Source of the DNA: Sinorhizobium meliloti
GTDB taxonomy: Bacteria > Pseudomonadota > Alphaproteobacteria > Rhizobiales > Rhizobiaceae
Reading direction: 5' to 3'
Assembly (NCBI RefSeq): GCF_017876815.1
Contig: NZ_JAGIOS010000002.1
Coordinates: 1,470,001-1,502,000, forward strand
Length of the DNA: 32,000 bases
The notes below the pieces were generated by a model that did not search any database, was not told where the DNA came from, and saw nothing but the letters and a program-made list of their open reading frames with translations. Every line of letters starts with the position of its first letter. Position 1 is the stretch's first letter. The translations under genes and the position numbers were made by a program. This document shows positions 23,606 to 31,935 of the stretch, one piece after another.

Positions 23606-24766
23606 ATGACAACAGAATCCGAACTGCCGCTTTCCGGCCTGGTCGTCGTCGATATGAGCCAGTTTCTCTCCGGCCCCTATTGTTCGCTGCGGCTGATGGA
23701 TCTCGGCGCGCGGGTCATCAAGATCGAGCGGCCGGATGGCGGCGATCTTTCCCGCCGGCTTTATCTGAGCGACACAGAGATCGGCGGCGACTCGACGATT
23801 TTCCATGCGATCAACCGCGCCAAGGAAAGCCTTGCGATAGACCTCAAGAACGAGGCCGATCTCGCTGCGCTGAAGCGGCTTCTCGCGCAGGCCGACGTTA
23901 TGATCCAAAACTTCCGGCCGGGCGTCATCGAAAGGCTGGGGCTGGACTACGAGGCGGTCGGGGCCATCAATCCGCGCATCGTCTATGCCTCGATCAGCGG
24001 TTATGGCGAGGAGGGGCCCTGGGTGAAGCGCCCCGGCCAGGATCTCCTGGCGCAGTCGCGCTCGGGCGTCATGTGGCTGAACGGCGACGAAGGGCAGGGG
24101 CCGGTTCCCTTCGGGCTCGCCATCGGTGACATGCTGGCCGGCGCCGCCGCCGCTCAAGGGATTCTCGCGGCTCTGGTGCGACGCGGCATATCCGGCAAGG
24201 GAAGCCTCGTCGAAACGAGCCTCCTGGAGGCGCTTGTCGATTTCCAGTTCGAGGTATTGACCACGCATCTCAACGACGGAGGCCGCCTGCCGAAGCGGTC
24301 GGCGTTCCGGAGCGCCCATGCCTATCTCGCCGCACCCTACGGCGTCTATGCGGCGAGCGACGGCTATCTCGCGATCGCCATGACGCCGATCCCGAAGCTT
24401 GCGGACCTGCTTGAGATCGACGAACTCGCCCCCTATCGCGACGATCCGTCCTCGTGGTTCACCGAGCGCGATCGCATCAAGGCGCTGATTGCCGCGCGCA
24501 TCGCGCTGCGCAGCGTGGACGAATGGCTGGCGGTGCTGGAGCCGGCCGACATCTGGTGCGCGCGCGTGCTCGACTGGAACGAGCTCCTGGAGAGCGATGG
24601 TTTCCAGGTGCTCGACATGCTGCAGACGGTGGTGCGCGACGACGACGTGTCGATCACCACCACCCGTTCGCCGCTGAGGATCAACGGCCGCCGCCCGCGC
24701 GTCGAGCGCGCCGCACCGCGGATCGGCGAGCATGGACGCTCGATTAGGGAGGAGTTCGGCCTATGA
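23606..24766 (+). CDS. CoA-transferase family III (CaiB/BaiF/Frc-type) protein
   Basis: 386 aa. The N-terminus reads LSGLVVVDMSQFLSGPYCSLRLMDLGARVIKIERPDGGD. Further motifs: NRAKESLAIDLK, VMIQNFRPGV..RLGL, ISGYG..GP....PG.D.L.QS.SG. All are typical of class III CoA-transferases. Confidence 0.9.
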   Translation: MTTESELPLSGLVVVDMSQFLSGPYCSLRLMDLGARVIKIERPDGGDLSRRLYLSDTEIGGDSTIFHAINRAKESLAIDLKNEADLAALKRLLAQADVMIQNFRPGVIERLGLDYEAVGAINPRIVYASISGYGEEGPWVKRPGQDLLAQSRSGVMWLNGDEGQGPVPFGLAIGDMLAGAAAAQGILAALVRRGISGKGSLVETSLLEALVDFQFEVLTTHLNDGGRLPKRSAFRSAHAYLAAPYGVYAASDGYLAIAMTPIPKLADLLEIDELAPYRDDPSSWFTERDRIKALIAARIALRSVDEWLAVLEPADIWCARVLDWNELLESDGFQVLDMLQTVVRDDDVSITTTRSPLRINGRRPRVERAAPRIGEHGRSIREEFGL

Positions 24767-25893
24767 GCGTCGTCCTCAAGGGAATGACCTGGAACCACCC
24801 GCGCGGCTATGACCCGATGGTGGCCTGCTCGCAATCCTGGCAGGAAAAGACGGGCGTCGAGATCCGGTGGGAGAAGCGGTCGCTGCAGGATTTCGAGGCC
24901 TTCCCGGTCGAGACCTTGGCAAGGAACTACGACCTGATCGTCATCGACCATCCGCATGTGGGGCAGATCACCGGCGAGAATTGCCTGCTTCCCCTGGACG
25001 TGCCGGGCCGCGAGGCGGAGCGGCAGGCGCTCTCGGCGGCAAGCGTCGGCCCGTCCTATCGGAGCTACGAGTGGAATGAACGCCAATGGGCCTTTCCGAT
25101 CGACGCCGCAACCCAGGTGCAGGCCTGGCGGCCAGATCGGACGGATCGCCCTCAGACATGGGGGGATATGCTCGCGCTCGCGCGTCGCGGCGGCGTCCTC
25201 CTGCCGCTCCGGCCTCCGCATTCGCTGATGAGCTTTTACACGCTCTGTGGCAATCTCGGTCGGCCTTGCCGCAGCGCCGCGAAGGGGGATCTCGTCGACG
25301 CCGAAACGGGCGCCACGGCGGTCGAGCTGCTGCAGGAAATCTCGGCACTGATCGACCCCGCATGCTTCGGTATGGATCCGATCGCGGTGCTCGAGGCTAT
25401 GGCTGTCGAGGCCTCGCCTGTCACCTGCGCGCCGCTTATCTACGGCTATGTCAGCTACTCCATCGCCGGCTTTCGCCCGGCGCTCGTCCGCTTCGGCGAT
25501 TTCCCGACCGTGGACGCCGCCGGGCCCGTCGGCTCGGCGCTCGGCGGGACGGGCATAGCCATCTCGGCCTTTTCGCGGGCGCCGGGGGAGGCGATCGATT
25601 TCGCCTATTGGGTGGCAAGCGGCGGCGTGCAGCGCGGCGTCTATGCGGCATCCGGCGGCCAGCCCGGCCATGGGGATGCCTGGCAGGACGATAAGGTCAA
25701 TGCGGCGGCCCACGATTTCTACCGCGCGACTCGGGCGACGCTCGAGGGCGCCTGGCTCCGGCCACGCCACGACGGCTACATGACGTTCCAGCAGGCGGGC
25801 TCGGACCGCCTGAACGACGGGCTGCGAGGCAGGGAGAGGCCGAGGCTCGTGGTTGAAGAGCTCAACCGGCTGTTTCATGCGAGTTTTCGCTGA
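24763..25893 (+). CDS. Solute-binding-protein-fold (SBP_bac_1-like) protein without a signal peptide
   Basis: 376 aa. The ATG overlaps the CoA-transferase stop (ATGA at 24763-24766), and AGGGAGGAG lies upstream. The N-terminus MSVVLKGMTWNHPRGYDPM.. has no hydrophobic leader. The rest (FPIDAATQV.AWR.D, GGTGIAIS, DFAYWVASG) resembles ABC extracellular solute-binding proteins. Confidence 0.75.
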   Translation: MSVVLKGMTWNHPRGYDPMVACSQSWQEKTGVEIRWEKRSLQDFEAFPVETLARNYDLIVIDHPHVGQITGENCLLPLDVPGREAERQALSAASVGPSYRSYEWNERQWAFPIDAATQVQAWRPDRTDRPQTWGDMLALARRGGVLLPLRPPHSLMSFYTLCGNLGRPCRSAAKGDLVDAETGATAVELLQEISALIDPACFGMDPIAVLEAMAVEASPVTCAPLIYGYVSYSIAGFRPALVRFGDFPTVDAAGPVGSALGGTGIAISAFSRAPGEAIDFAYWVASGGVQRGVYAASGGQPGHGDAWQDDKVNAAAHDFYRATRATLEGAWLRPRHDGYMTFQQAGSDRLNDGLRGRERPRLVVEELNRLFHASFR

Positions 25894-25895
25894 GG

Positions 25896-26051
25896 GTGAA
25901 ATCGCCCCTCATCCGCCTGCCGGCACCTTCTCGCCGCGGGCGGGGCGAAGGGACCCGCGGCGGCCTCCCGTGCATTATTTCGATCGAGCGCGTGCGTCCT
26001 GCTCGTCCCCTCTCCCCGTTTTACGGGGAGAGGGTTAGGGTGAGGGGCAAT
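25896..26051. repeat. RIME/Sm-repeat-like intergenic mosaic element (about 150 bp) bounded by inverted repeats, with an internal strong hairpin
   Basis: The outer inverted repeat is ATCGCCCCTCA (25901-25911) versus TGAGGGGCAAT (26041-26051), matching at 10 of 11 positions. The internal 11-bp stem is CCCTCTCCCCG-TTTTA-CGGGGAGAGGG (26008-26034). The CCCCTCATCCGCCTGCCGGCACCTTCTC..GCGGG..GGGGCGAAGGG block resembles repeats common in rhizobial intergenic regions. Confidence 0.6.
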
Positions 26052-26200
26052 CTTGACGGTAAAATCTCAAAAGCCGCCTCGCAATTCTGTTCGCGTAAAG
26101 ATTGGATTCAATCTTTCTTGGTAGTTTCCCGTTAGCAAGTCTCGTCAGTGGGTCCTGGCGGCGCGGTTGCCGTCGGCTGTTGTATTGCGTGCGGGTCCTC

Positions 26201-27211
26201 ATGCGTCCTTTTTCGGCTGTCTCAGCGATCATCATAACGTGCCTGGTTCTATCGAGCTGCGGCTTCGGGGGGAGCCGGCCGTCGCGGGAGACGACGAGCT
26301 CCGTTGTCCGTCCGGCAAGCCCGGTTCCTTCAGCGGCGATCAGTGCGGCCGCCGCGCAAGCGGCGCCTCAGCCGGAGGCGCTTGCCTGGGCGGGAACCGT
26401 TCCGCAGCCGCAGGCCTTCATGCCGGCGGAAAGGGCGGTGGGCATGCCGGTTCCGGCCGAGCGCCCCATTGCGATGCTCGCTCCCGAAAATCCCGCGCGC
26501 GAGCCACGCGGCCGCTCGCGCGTCTACAGCCACAGCTTCCGCGATGCTCATCCGATCAATTTCGGTACCCGGTCGCCGCGCAAGCTCGCCGTTCACGGTG
26601 TCGACGTTTCGCGGTGGCAGGGCGACATCAACTGGGCCAAGCTGCGCACGCAAGGCGCCAACTTCGCCTATATCAAAGCGACCGACGGCGGCGATCATCT
26701 CGATCCCATGTTCAAGAAGAACTGGCGCCGGGCCGACGAGGCGGGGCTGAAACGCGGCGCCTACCACTTCTTCTACTGGTGCCGCACGGCCGGCGAGCAG
26801 GCGGACTGGTTCATCCGCAACGTCCCCCGGGATCCGAGCGCGCTTCCACCCGTCATCGATGTCGAGTGGAACGGCGAGTCGAGCTGCAAGCGGCGCCCGT
26901 CGCCCGAGCGGGTGCGGGAAAAGATGCAGGTCTTTATGGACAAGCTGGAGCGCCACTACGGGCAGCGCCCGATCATCTATACCGCACCGGATTTCTACCG
27001 CGACAATCTGCAGGGCGCGTTCCCCAATCATCCCTTCTGGCTGCGCTCGGTCGCGGCGCACCCGTCCAAGGTCTATCCCGGACGCAAATGGGTCTTCTGG
27101 CAATATTCAGGCTCGGGCCTGTCCCACGGCGTCGACGGGCGGATCGACCTCAACGTCTTCAACGGCAGCGAGGAAGACTGGCACAACTGGGTGTCGGCGC
27201 GCTCGAGCTGA
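26201..27211 (+). CDS. Glycoside hydrolase family 25 (lysozyme/muramidase) lipoprotein
   Basis: Track ORF 26102..27211. ATG 26201 gives MRPFSAVSAIIITCLVLSSC with an L-S-S-C lipobox. A Pro/Ala-rich linker follows. The GH25 core reads HGVDVSRWQGDINWAKLR..GANFAYIKATDG....D..F..NW..A...GL.RGAYHF...IDVE...WQYS..G...G....IDLNVF. Confidence 0.85.
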   Translation: MRPFSAVSAIIITCLVLSSCGFGGSRPSRETTSSVVRPASPVPSAAISAAAAQAAPQPEALAWAGTVPQPQAFMPAERAVGMPVPAERPIAMLAPENPAREPRGRSRVYSHSFRDAHPINFGTRSPRKLAVHGVDVSRWQGDINWAKLRTQGANFAYIKATDGGDHLDPMFKKNWRRADEAGLKRGAYHFFYWCRTAGEQADWFIRNVPRDPSALPPVIDVEWNGESSCKRRPSPERVREKMQVFMDKLERHYGQRPIIYTAPDFYRDNLQGAFPNHPFWLRSVAAHPSKVYPGRKWVFWQYSGSGLSHGVDGRIDLNVFNGSEEDWHNWVSARSS

Positions 27212-27215
27212 GGGA

Positions 27216-27692
27216 ATGCAAGTGACGCCGATCCGCCTGCTGCAGACCAATGATGCGGCCTTCCTCGCACTTGCGACCCTCATGGAGGAAATGCAGGCGC
27301 ACTACCGCGTGGCCTGTCCGCCGCGCGCCGAGATCGTCGCGGGGCTTGAAGCCATGCCGCCGGGCGCGGAGATCCTCGTCGCCGAGGAGCATCGTTCGGT
27401 GCTCGGTTTTGCTGCCTTCTCTGCGATTTACCCTGGGCCGGGCTTGAAGCCGGGCATCTTTCTGAAGGAACTCTACGTCGGCGGGTCGCAGCGCGGCCGT
27501 GGCCTCGGCCGGGCTTTGATGCAGAAGCTCGCCAGCCTGGCGAGGGAGCGCGGGCTCGCGCGCATCGATTGGACGGTGGAGGCGGAAAACACGCGGCTCC
27601 TCTCTTTCTATGAAGAGCTGGGCGGTACACGCAAACCGGACAAGCTCTTCTTCCGGCTCGACGGAGACGCGCTCGCGCGGCTGGCGGACTGA
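27216..27692 (+). CDS. GNAT-family N-acetyltransferase
   Basis: ATG 27216 lies 4 nt after the GH25 stop and gives 158 aa. The acetyl-CoA binding motif is LKELYVGGSQRGRGLGRALMQKLASLARERG..RIDW.V...N..A..FYE.LG. Confidence 0.85.
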   Translation: MQVTPIRLLQTNDAAFLALATLMEEMQAHYRVACPPRAEIVAGLEAMPPGAEILVAEEHRSVLGFAAFSAIYPGPGLKPGIFLKELYVGGSQRGRGLGRALMQKLASLARERGLARIDWTVEAENTRLLSFYEELGGTRKPDKLFFRLDGDALARLAD

Positions 27693-27716
27693 GCCGGCGC
27701 GCCACGGCCCGGGGCC

Positions 27717-28619
27717 TCAGTCGCCCATCCCTTCCGCTTCCGCCATCAGCCATGCTTCGAAGGTCCGCATGGAAGCACTCGGCGCAATGTCTCGCGGTTT
27801 TGCGAACCAGTAGCCGTAGTCGCTTCGATATCCAAAGCCGTTCGGATTGACGAGCTTTCCCGCCGCAAGGTCGTCGAGAATAAGACCGCGCGGGATCAAG
27901 GCCACTCCCTGTCCGGCAAGTGCCGCCCGGATCACCATCGTGTAATAGCCGAAGCGCGTGGTGTGTCGCACCGCGAGGTCGTCCTTGCCGTGACCCCTCG
28001 CGAAATAGTTCCAGTGCAGCGGGGTCTGCGGGTGCTCCAGCATGATGCCGCCGGCGAGATCCTCGACCGTCTCCGGAGTGCCGTTCTTCTCCCAGTAGGA
28101 AGGGGCGCTGACGACAAGAACCTCGCGCCCGAAGAGATAGTTGGTCTCCTCTTCGGGCAGCGGTTCGCTCAGGAAGCGGAATATCGCATCGGGCGTCTGA
28201 GACTGGGTCGGAGAAACGAACGTCGTGAACTGCACCTCAATCTCCGGGTGCTGCTCGGTAAAGCGAAGGAAGCGCGGCAGCAGCCACCGGTCCCCGAAAA
28301 TGGGTGGCACCTGCAATCTCAGCACCCGTGGGCCCGGCTTCAGGCGCGCGACCCGAAGGGCGGCGTCCTCCATCGCCTTCAATGCGGTGCGCGCCTGTTC
28401 GATATAGATCGAGCCGACTTCCGTCGGGATCATGCCGCGCGGCGTTCGGGCGAAGACGGGACTGCCGATCAGGTCTTCCAGCGTCAGCAATTGCTTGCTG
28501 ACAGCGCTCTGCGACAGCGACGTGCTTTCGGCGGCAGCGCTCGTCGATCCTCTTTCGGCCACCGCAATCAGCACCTGAAGTGCGGTCGTCGAAGGCAAGC
28601 GCCGCCGTCCCGAAGCCAT
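27717..28619 (-). CDS. LysR-family transcriptional regulator (GcvA-like)
   Basis: ATG 28619, internal to track ORF 27717..28688, gives 300 aa. The N-terminal HTH reads LPSTTALQVLIAVAERGSTSAAAESTSLSQSAVSKQLLTLEDLIGSPVFAR. A LysR substrate-binding domain follows. It is divergent from the argH-like gene. Confidence 0.9.
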   Translation of the reverse strand: MASGRRRLPSTTALQVLIAVAERGSTSAAAESTSLSQSAVSKQLLTLEDLIGSPVFARTPRGMIPTEVGSIYIEQARTALKAMEDAALRVARLKPGPRVLRLQVPPIFGDRWLLPRFLRFTEQHPEIEVQFTTFVSPTQSQTPDAIFRFLSEPLPEEETNYLFGREVLVVSAPSYWEKNGTPETVEDLAGGIMLEHPQTPLHWNYFARGHGKDDLAVRHTTRFGYYTMVIRAALAGQGVALIPRGLILDDLAAGKLVNPNGFGYRSDYGYWFAKPRDIAPSASMRTFEAWLMAEAEGMGD

Positions 28620-28812
28620 GAAAATCCCTCCGCCAGGTTCAGCCGATGCGAGATCGCGCTTCCGCTCCGCCCTGTTCCTTGCGCACAACCTAAATAAGTG
28701 CCCAGAGCAAGGCTAGTCGTTTTTGTCATAGCTTGGTGAAATAACTTCGCTTGCCCGGGCATGCGACCCGTGGGAGCTTCTCGGAAAGAACGAACAAATA
28801 AAGGGAACGAAG

Positions 28813-30279
28813 ATGACTGAGCCCACTCAGCTTTGGGGTGGACGGTTCAAGTCCGGACCGTCCGAAGCGCTTGCAAACTTGTCACGCGCGCCGCGATCTT
28901 ACTTTCGACTTTACAGGGAAGATATTGCAGGTTCGCGCGCCCATGCTTCCGAGTTGAAGCGGGCCGGTGTCCTGGACGAGAGTGAATTCTCCGCGATACG
29001 CGCGGCCCTCGAAGGCATCGAAGCCGATGTTGGTGCCGGCCGCGAGGAGCCGATTGCGGCTGACGAAGATCTGCATACCTTTCTCGAACGTCTGTTGATG
29101 GCGCGCCTCGGCACGCTTGGCGGCAAGCTTCGGGCAGGGCGGTCGCGCAACGACCAGACGGCAAACAATACGCGCCTCTATCTGCGGCGCATGGCGCGGG
29201 AGCTTTCCCGAGGCCTGATCGCGATCGAAGAAGCCCTGACGGAGCAGGCATCCCGGCATACGGAGACCGTGATGCCCGGCTTTACCCATCTCCAGCCGGC
29301 CCAACCGGTCGTGCTCGGCCATCACCTCATGGCGCACGCGCAGTCGCTGCTGCGCGACCTGCAGCGTTTTGCCGATTGGGACCGCCGCTTCGATCGCTCG
29401 CCTCTGGGTGCGGCCGCGCTGGCCGGGTCCGGCATTGCGCGCCGTCCCGACCTCTCCGCCATCGATCTCGGCTACTCGGCCGCTTGCGAAAACTCCATCG
29501 ATGCCGTCGCCGCGCGCGATCACGTCGCCGAATTCCTCTTCATCTGCTCGCTGGTGGCAGTGGATCTCTCACGGCTTGCCGAGGAAATCTGCCTCTGGAG
29601 CTCCAAGCAGTTCAGCTGGGTGCGGCTGCATGATTCCTATTCCACCGGCTCTTCGATTATGCCGCAGAAGAAGAACCCCGACGCCGCCGAGCTGACGCGC
29701 GGCATGTCGGGCACGCTGATCGGCAACATCGCCGGCTTCCTCGCGACCATGAAGGCGATGCCGCTCGCCTATAATCGCGATCTAGCCGAGGACAAGCGCA
29801 GCCTGTTTGAGACGATCGACGTTCTCGAACTCGTCCTGCCCGCCTTTGCCGGCATGGTGGGGACGCTGGAATTCGACGTGGATAAGCTGCGCGAGGAAGC
29901 GCCGAAGGGCTTCACGCTTGCGACCGAAGTGGCCGACTGGCTGGTGGGCCGGAACGTGCCTTTCGCCGAAGCGCACGAGATCACCGGCGCAGTGGTGCGC
30001 TATTGTGAGGAGCGGGGACACGACCTTGCCGGTCTGACGGCGGAGGACCTCCCGGGGATCGATCCGCGGCTTCAGCCGGAGATGCTCGCGGCACTCGCCC
30101 TCGAGAAGGCGCTTGCCAGCAGAAACGGCTACGGTGCAACGGCGCCGGAGCGGGTTCGCGAGCAGATCGCCCGCTTCGAAACGGCGCTCGCCGAATGCCG
30201 CGCCTTTGCCGGCGGCCCGACCGGCGGCGCGGCCTTTGCGGGAGCGAAGAACGGCGCAGCGGAGGCGCGACGCCGATGA
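28813..30279 (+). CDS. Argininosuccinate lyase family protein (ArgH paralogue, fumarate-lyase superfamily)
   Basis: 488 aa. Motifs: LWGGRF, GRSRNDQ, the signature GSSIMPQKKNPD and AYNRDL.ED. It ends in a Gly/Ala-rich tail of about 25 aa (AGGPTGGAAFAGAKNGAAEARRR). Its stop overlaps the next gene's ATG. Confidence 0.9.
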   Translation: MTEPTQLWGGRFKSGPSEALANLSRAPRSYFRLYREDIAGSRAHASELKRAGVLDESEFSAIRAALEGIEADVGAGREEPIAADEDLHTFLERLLMARLGTLGGKLRAGRSRNDQTANNTRLYLRRMARELSRGLIAIEEALTEQASRHTETVMPGFTHLQPAQPVVLGHHLMAHAQSLLRDLQRFADWDRRFDRSPLGAAALAGSGIARRPDLSAIDLGYSAACENSIDAVAARDHVAEFLFICSLVAVDLSRLAEEICLWSSKQFSWVRLHDSYSTGSSIMPQKKNPDAAELTRGMSGTLIGNIAGFLATMKAMPLAYNRDLAEDKRSLFETIDVLELVLPAFAGMVGTLEFDVDKLREEAPKGFTLATEVADWLVGRNVPFAEAHEITGAVVRYCEERGHDLAGLTAEDLPGIDPRLQPEMLAALALEKALASRNGYGATAPERVREQIARFETALAECRAFAGGPTGGAAFAGAKNGAAEARRR

Positions 30280-31148
30280 ATGTGGCAAGCCTCGCAACCC
30301 CGCCCGTGGATTCCAAATACGAGATCGCCCATCTGAAACTGGTGCCGAAACGCCATATCGGACGGATGATCGTCGCGGGGGGCGTGCTCCTTCTGTTTGC
30401 AGGCCTGGTGCGGGCCTTCAGCGTCGGCCAGATCGAGTGGAGCTATGTCCGCGACTTTCTCTTCGCACCCGCCATACTCGTCGGCCTCTACAACACCCTG
30501 CTGATGACAGTTGCTGCCATGGGGCTCGGCATCGTGCTCGGCGTCGTCATCGCCATCATGCGGATATCAGGCAATCCGGTGCTGTCGTCGATCGCCATCG
30601 GCTATATCTGGGTCTTTCGCGGGGCCCCGGCGCTGCTGCAGTTGATGCTGTGGTTCAACCTGGCGCTCATCTTCCCGACGCTCGGCATTCCGGGACTGTT
30701 CGAGTTCAGGACGGTCGACGTCATGACGCCCTTCGTCGCGGCTGTACTCGGGCTTGGCATATCCCAGGGCGCCTATACTTCGGAGGTCGTGCGAAGCGGG
30801 CTTCTGTCCGTCGACAGCGGCCAGTACGAGGCTGCGCGCACGATCGGCATGACGCAGATGATGATGCTGCGCCGAATCGTCCTTCCGCAGGCCATGCGCG
30901 TCATGGTGCCGCCGGTCGGCAACGAGGTGATCGGCATGGTGAAGCTGACGTCGCTCGCCAGCGTCATCCAGTATTCCGAGATTCTCCACAACGCGCAGAT
31001 CATCTACTTCGCCAACACGCGCGTACTCGAACTGCTGCTGGTCGCGAGCTTCTGGTACCTGCTCGTCGTCTCCGTGCTCTCGATAGGGCAGCACTATATC
31101 GAGCGCTATTTCGGCCGCGGTTCGAAATCCATCCGCTCGTCCATGTGA
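30276..31148 (+). CDS. Polar amino-acid (His/Glu/Gln/Arg/opine family) ABC transporter permease
   Basis: ATG 30276 sits in an ATGA overlap with the argH-like stop and gives 290 aa. The EAA-loop region reads DSGQYEAARTIGMTQMMMLRRIVLPQAMRVMVPPVGNE. There are multiple TM segments. Confidence 0.9.
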   Translation: MNVASLATPPVDSKYEIAHLKLVPKRHIGRMIVAGGVLLLFAGLVRAFSVGQIEWSYVRDFLFAPAILVGLYNTLLMTVAAMGLGIVLGVVIAIMRISGNPVLSSIAIGYIWVFRGAPALLQLMLWFNLALIFPTLGIPGLFEFRTVDVMTPFVAAVLGLGISQGAYTSEVVRSGLLSVDSGQYEAARTIGMTQMMMLRRIVLPQAMRVMVPPVGNEVIGMVKLTSLASVIQYSEILHNAQIIYFANTRVLELLLVASFWYLLVVSVLSIGQHYIERYFGRGSKSIRSSM

Positions 31149-31156
31149 GGTCGGTC

Positions 31157-31927
31157 ATGAACCAGGATATTCTCGTCAAGGCTATCGACGTCACGAAGAA
31201 CTACGGCACGTTCCGCGCTCTCAACAGGGTCAGCCTGGAGGTCGCCCGCGGAGAGGTGAGCTGCATCATCGGTCCCTCGGGCTCGGGCAAGAGCACGCTT
31301 CTGCGCTGCATCAACCTTCTGGAGCGGATGGACGGCGGAGCGATCTGGGTCAAGGACGAACTGATCGGCTACCGCCGCGACGGCAACAATCTCCACGAGA
31401 TCAGCGATGCGGAGATCTCGCGCCAGCGGCGGCGGATCGGCATGGTTTTCCAGCGTTTCAACCTGTTCCCGCACAAGACCGCGCTGGAAAACCTCATCGA
31501 GGGCCCGGTGCAGGTGCTTGGCGAGCCGGTGAAGGAAGCGCGCGATAGGGGCTCGGCATTGCTGGAGCGGGTGGGGCTCGCGGACAAGGCGAACCATTAC
31601 CCTTCGGAACTTTCCGGGGGCCAGCAGCAGCGCGTCGCGATCGCCCGGGCCATGGGCATGCGGCCGGATCTCATTCTCTTCGACGAACCCACGTCGGCGC
31701 TCGACCCCGAACTGGTGTCGGAAGTGCTCGACGTGATGCGGGACCTTGCCGCTTCCGGGATGACAATGATCGTCGTCACCCATGAGCTCGGCTTCGCCCG
31801 CAATGTGGCGAATACCGTAACCTTCATGGAGACCGGCAAGGTGGTTGAAACAGGCTCGGCATCGGAGGTTCTCAGCACCCCGAAAAGTGCCCGAACGGCG
31901 GAGTTCATCAAAGCCGTCCACAGCTGA
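31157..31927 (+). CDS. Polar amino-acid ABC transporter ATP-binding protein
   Basis: ATG 31157, internal to track ORF 30113..31927, gives 256 aa. Walker A is GPSGSGKST, the signature is LSGGQQQRVAIARA and Walker B is LILFDEPTSALD. Confidence 0.95.
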   Translation: MNQDILVKAIDVTKNYGTFRALNRVSLEVARGEVSCIIGPSGSGKSTLLRCINLLERMDGGAIWVKDELIGYRRDGNNLHEISDAEISRQRRRIGMVFQRFNLFPHKTALENLIEGPVQVLGEPVKEARDRGSALLERVGLADKANHYPSELSGGQQQRVAIARAMGMRPDLILFDEPTSALDPELVSEVLDVMRDLAASGMTMIVVTHELGFARNVANTVTFMETGKVVETGSASEVLSTPKSARTAEFIKAVHS

Positions 31928-31935
31928 GGAACAGC

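Noticed and set aside
24433-25878. 481-aa minus-strand ORF spanning the CoA-transferase/SBP-like genes
   Set aside because: It is antisense to two plus-strand genes with clear family motifs and an ATGA coupling. The sequence is low-complexity and Arg-rich, so it is a GC-driven shadow ORF.
26167-27225. 352-aa alternative-frame ORF and 257-aa antisense ORF over the GH25 gene
   Set aside because: The GH25 frame has a lipobox and catalytic-domain motifs. The alternatives are Arg/Gly-rich shadow frames.
30113-31156. N-terminal 348 aa of the 604-aa ORF ending at 31927
   Set aside because: This part overlaps the argH-like 3' end and the whole permease gene out of frame and is Arg/Pro-rich. The ABC ATPase homology starts at ATG 31157.
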